Assembly (NCBI GenBank): GCA_051294375.1
Contig: CM119268.1
Coordinates: 6,581,232-6,645,231 of the forward strand
DNA from: Paraspadella gotoi
Taxonomy: Eukaryota > Animalia > Chaetognatha
Direction of reading: 5' to 3'
Length of the DNA stretch: 64,000 nucleotides
The notes under the pieces are model-generated. The model saw nothing but the letters and a program-made list of their open reading frames with translations, did not search any database and was not told the origin of the DNA. A program made the translations under genes and the position numbers. Below are positions 62,189 through 64,000 of the stretch, in pieces (position 1 is the first letter of the stretch; each line of letters starts with the position of its first letter).

Positions 62189-64000
62189 ATGGGCATTTCC
62201 AGTTGCCCTTGCGCCGAATGCGCCCGAGTCTGCATTTGCAACACCCAATTTACAGAAAGCTCTCTGCCCGACAACTCCGCCTGCGCCATTGGCTTTCTCT
62301 ACGCCAAGACGAAGCGCGACAAACGAAAGTTGTACGAATTGCGGTGGACGAAGGAATCGATCGCCTCGTTGGTGGAGAAAGCCCGCGGTTGCATCAACGA
62401 CCGGCACCGACCGACCGACGAGGAGAAAGCTATCGACCTCGTCTCCCTGGCGACCACCTACCCGGAATGGGGCGCGCACATCGTAGGCGCCGCACTCGAA
62501 CTTGGCGCCCACATAACCGACGCTCATCTCAATCTTGCGGTGAGTCGACGGAACATAGGCGTCTTTAAGCTGCTCTTGACCTCTATGCGTCTCAATCCCA
62601 ACCCTCACGCGCCTCCGAGTCCGTGGTCGGCCCGGACGTGGTCGCGGATGCACGTGGTGTCGCTCGCCGAGGATTTTCTCAAAAACTTCGCCCACAACGG
62701 GGACGCGTTTTTGCAGTTCTTATGTAAATTCGTCGACGAATACGACGTCGTAGTGGACGACGACCATCTGCCGCCGGTGCAATTTTCAGCCGCCGCAGAC
62801 AGCGCCCGGCGATACATCAAAATCCTTTTGACTTTGGGAACCGGCGGGTTGGTGCTCGTCTCCGCGTCGTTAAATCCAAAGGAACGCCGCCTTATCGAAA
62901 AGGTTCAAAAGGAGCTGACGAACAAATTACAACTCGATCCGGAAGTTCGAAAAAAGTGTCGGGCCGCGAGGGCGGCTAAATCCGGGCAGGAAAAAGACGC
63001 CGTTGCCCTTCCGAGCAACGCACCTCCCAACCATCTCAGTAACAATTTACAGATATGCTCTGTTAAAAGCTCGAAATCGGACTGTGCGTCGGAAGTAAAG
63101 AACAAAAATGGTTTTAACGAATCGGATGATAAAGATAAAATAACCGAGGACGGACCTGAAAATAGGAGAAAAAAAGCGACAGACATTTCAATAAATGCTA
63201 AAGGAGGAAATGGATCTAACGGTGCGGATCAATGTTTACAAATTGAAAATAAAGAAAATCGAGGTAAAGTTGCGAGCAAAAACTGCACCGATGTTAAAAT
63301 GAAAATAAAAGCTAAAAGCAAATCTCTTAAGGAAAGTCGGCAAGTGCAACCAAATAATATAAAATCCGATGACAATATTGCCAACAATCGAGAAGCGGGA
63401 GTTCAGGTAGAAGCTTTTAAGGAAAGAGAATTAAATTCAGTTTGTAATGTTGGAGTAAATACCGAAAATAAGGATTCGGAAAAAGGTTCTAGCGGCGAAA
63501 GAGAAATCAAAAATTACGCAACAACTACCGAAGACCGTGAAGGGACGAAAGAAAAAACTGCGACCGCATCTGAGAAAGAAGAAAACTGCTTGTACACAGA
63601 CATCGTCGCTTTTGTCGAGAAACAAGTGGAATCGAGAGTGGCCAGTCGAATTATCTCCAAACTAGAGGAAGCAACTCGCACGCTCAAGGAAGAATTGAGA
63701 CTCAGAGAAAAAAAATACGGCATTTTGGAAAGCGTATCTCGCACACAGAGAGATAATATTGTCAAGTTGGAAGCTGAAAAAAAAGGTCTGGAAACCAAAA
63801 TATCCGACTTGGTAAATTCTCATTGCGATTGTGATGAAAGACTCGAGGGTCTTAAATCGAAAATTGCTGAAGGTGTAAATGAGGCGAAAAATGAGATGGG
63901 ACGCATGATATCCGAGAGACAACAGGAAACGGAGATATTTAAAAGAAAACTGGTGGAATTTGATACGAAAACGGCGGAACAAGCAGAGCGGGAAGCCAAA
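62189..64000 (+). CDS. Uncharacterised protein of at least 604 aa (incomplete): Cys-rich N-terminus, ankyrin-like segment, charged linker, coiled coil
   Basis: In-frame TAA at 62168, ATG at 62189, and no stop to the window end, which is why it is absent from the ORF track. MGISSCPCAECARVCICNTQF...AALELGAHITDAHLNLAVSRRNIGVFKLLL...KLEEATRTLKEELRLREKKYGILE... Confidence 0.8.
   Translation, partial: MGISSCPCAECARVCICNTQFTESSLPDNSACAIGFLYAKTKRDKRKLYELRWTKESIASLVEKARGCINDRHRPTDEEKAIDLVSLATTYPEWGAHIVGAALELGAHITDAHLNLAVSRRNIGVFKLLLTSMRLNPNPHAPPSPWSARTWSRMHVVSLAEDFLKNFAHNGDAFLQFLCKFVDEYDVVVDDDHLPPVQFSAAADSARRYIKILLTLGTGGLVLVSASLNPKERRLIEKVQKELTNKLQLDPEVRKKCRAARAAKSGQEKDAVALPSNAPPNHLSNNLQICSVKSSKSDCASEVKNKNGFNESDDKDKITEDGPENRRKKATDISINAKGGNGSNGADQCLQIENKENRGKVASKNCTDVKMKIKAKSKSLKESRQVQPNNIKSDDNIANNREAGVQVEAFKERELNSVCNVGVNTENKDSEKGSSGEREIKNYATTTEDREGTKEKTATASEKEENCLYTDIVAFVEKQVESRVASRIISKLEEATRTLKEELRLREKKYGILESVSRTQRDNIVKLEAEKKGLETKISDLVNSHCDCDERLEGLKSKIAEGVNEAKNEMGRMISERQQETEIFKRKLVEFDTKTAEQAEREAK

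Overview
Eukaryotic (metazoan, probably invertebrate) genomic DNA with spliceosomal introns, many (CT)n/(CTTTT)n tracts and nine N-gaps; no prokaryotic features are seen. Positions 1-24 kb hold a PPP1R42/LRRC67-like LRR gene in near-identical, indel-riddled copies, most likely a gap-filling or false-duplication artefact. A CDKL1-like kinase gene spans 25.2-47.0 kb on the plus strand. Its 11-kb intron contains an antisense, divergent AP-1 sigma adaptin gene preceded by two RFX X-boxes, and a later intron contains a same-strand coiled-coil coding block. The kinase ends FLPTI-TGA-CGG immediately before a splice donor that joins in frame to a 230-codon open exon; this candidate splice-assembled stop-codon readthrough extension is the top finding. 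A minus-strand cluster follows at 48-61 kb: a kinase-less Cys-box/FN3-like single-pass receptor, SF3A1, a two-box HMGB-like gene and a PTDSS2 with an intronless CDS. SF3A1 and the HMG gene each need an AG|GCGAGT GC-AG intron. A MITE-like element and an unannotated ORF of at least 604 codons (62189 to the window end) close the window. Homology calls are from recognition of translated motifs, not database searches.
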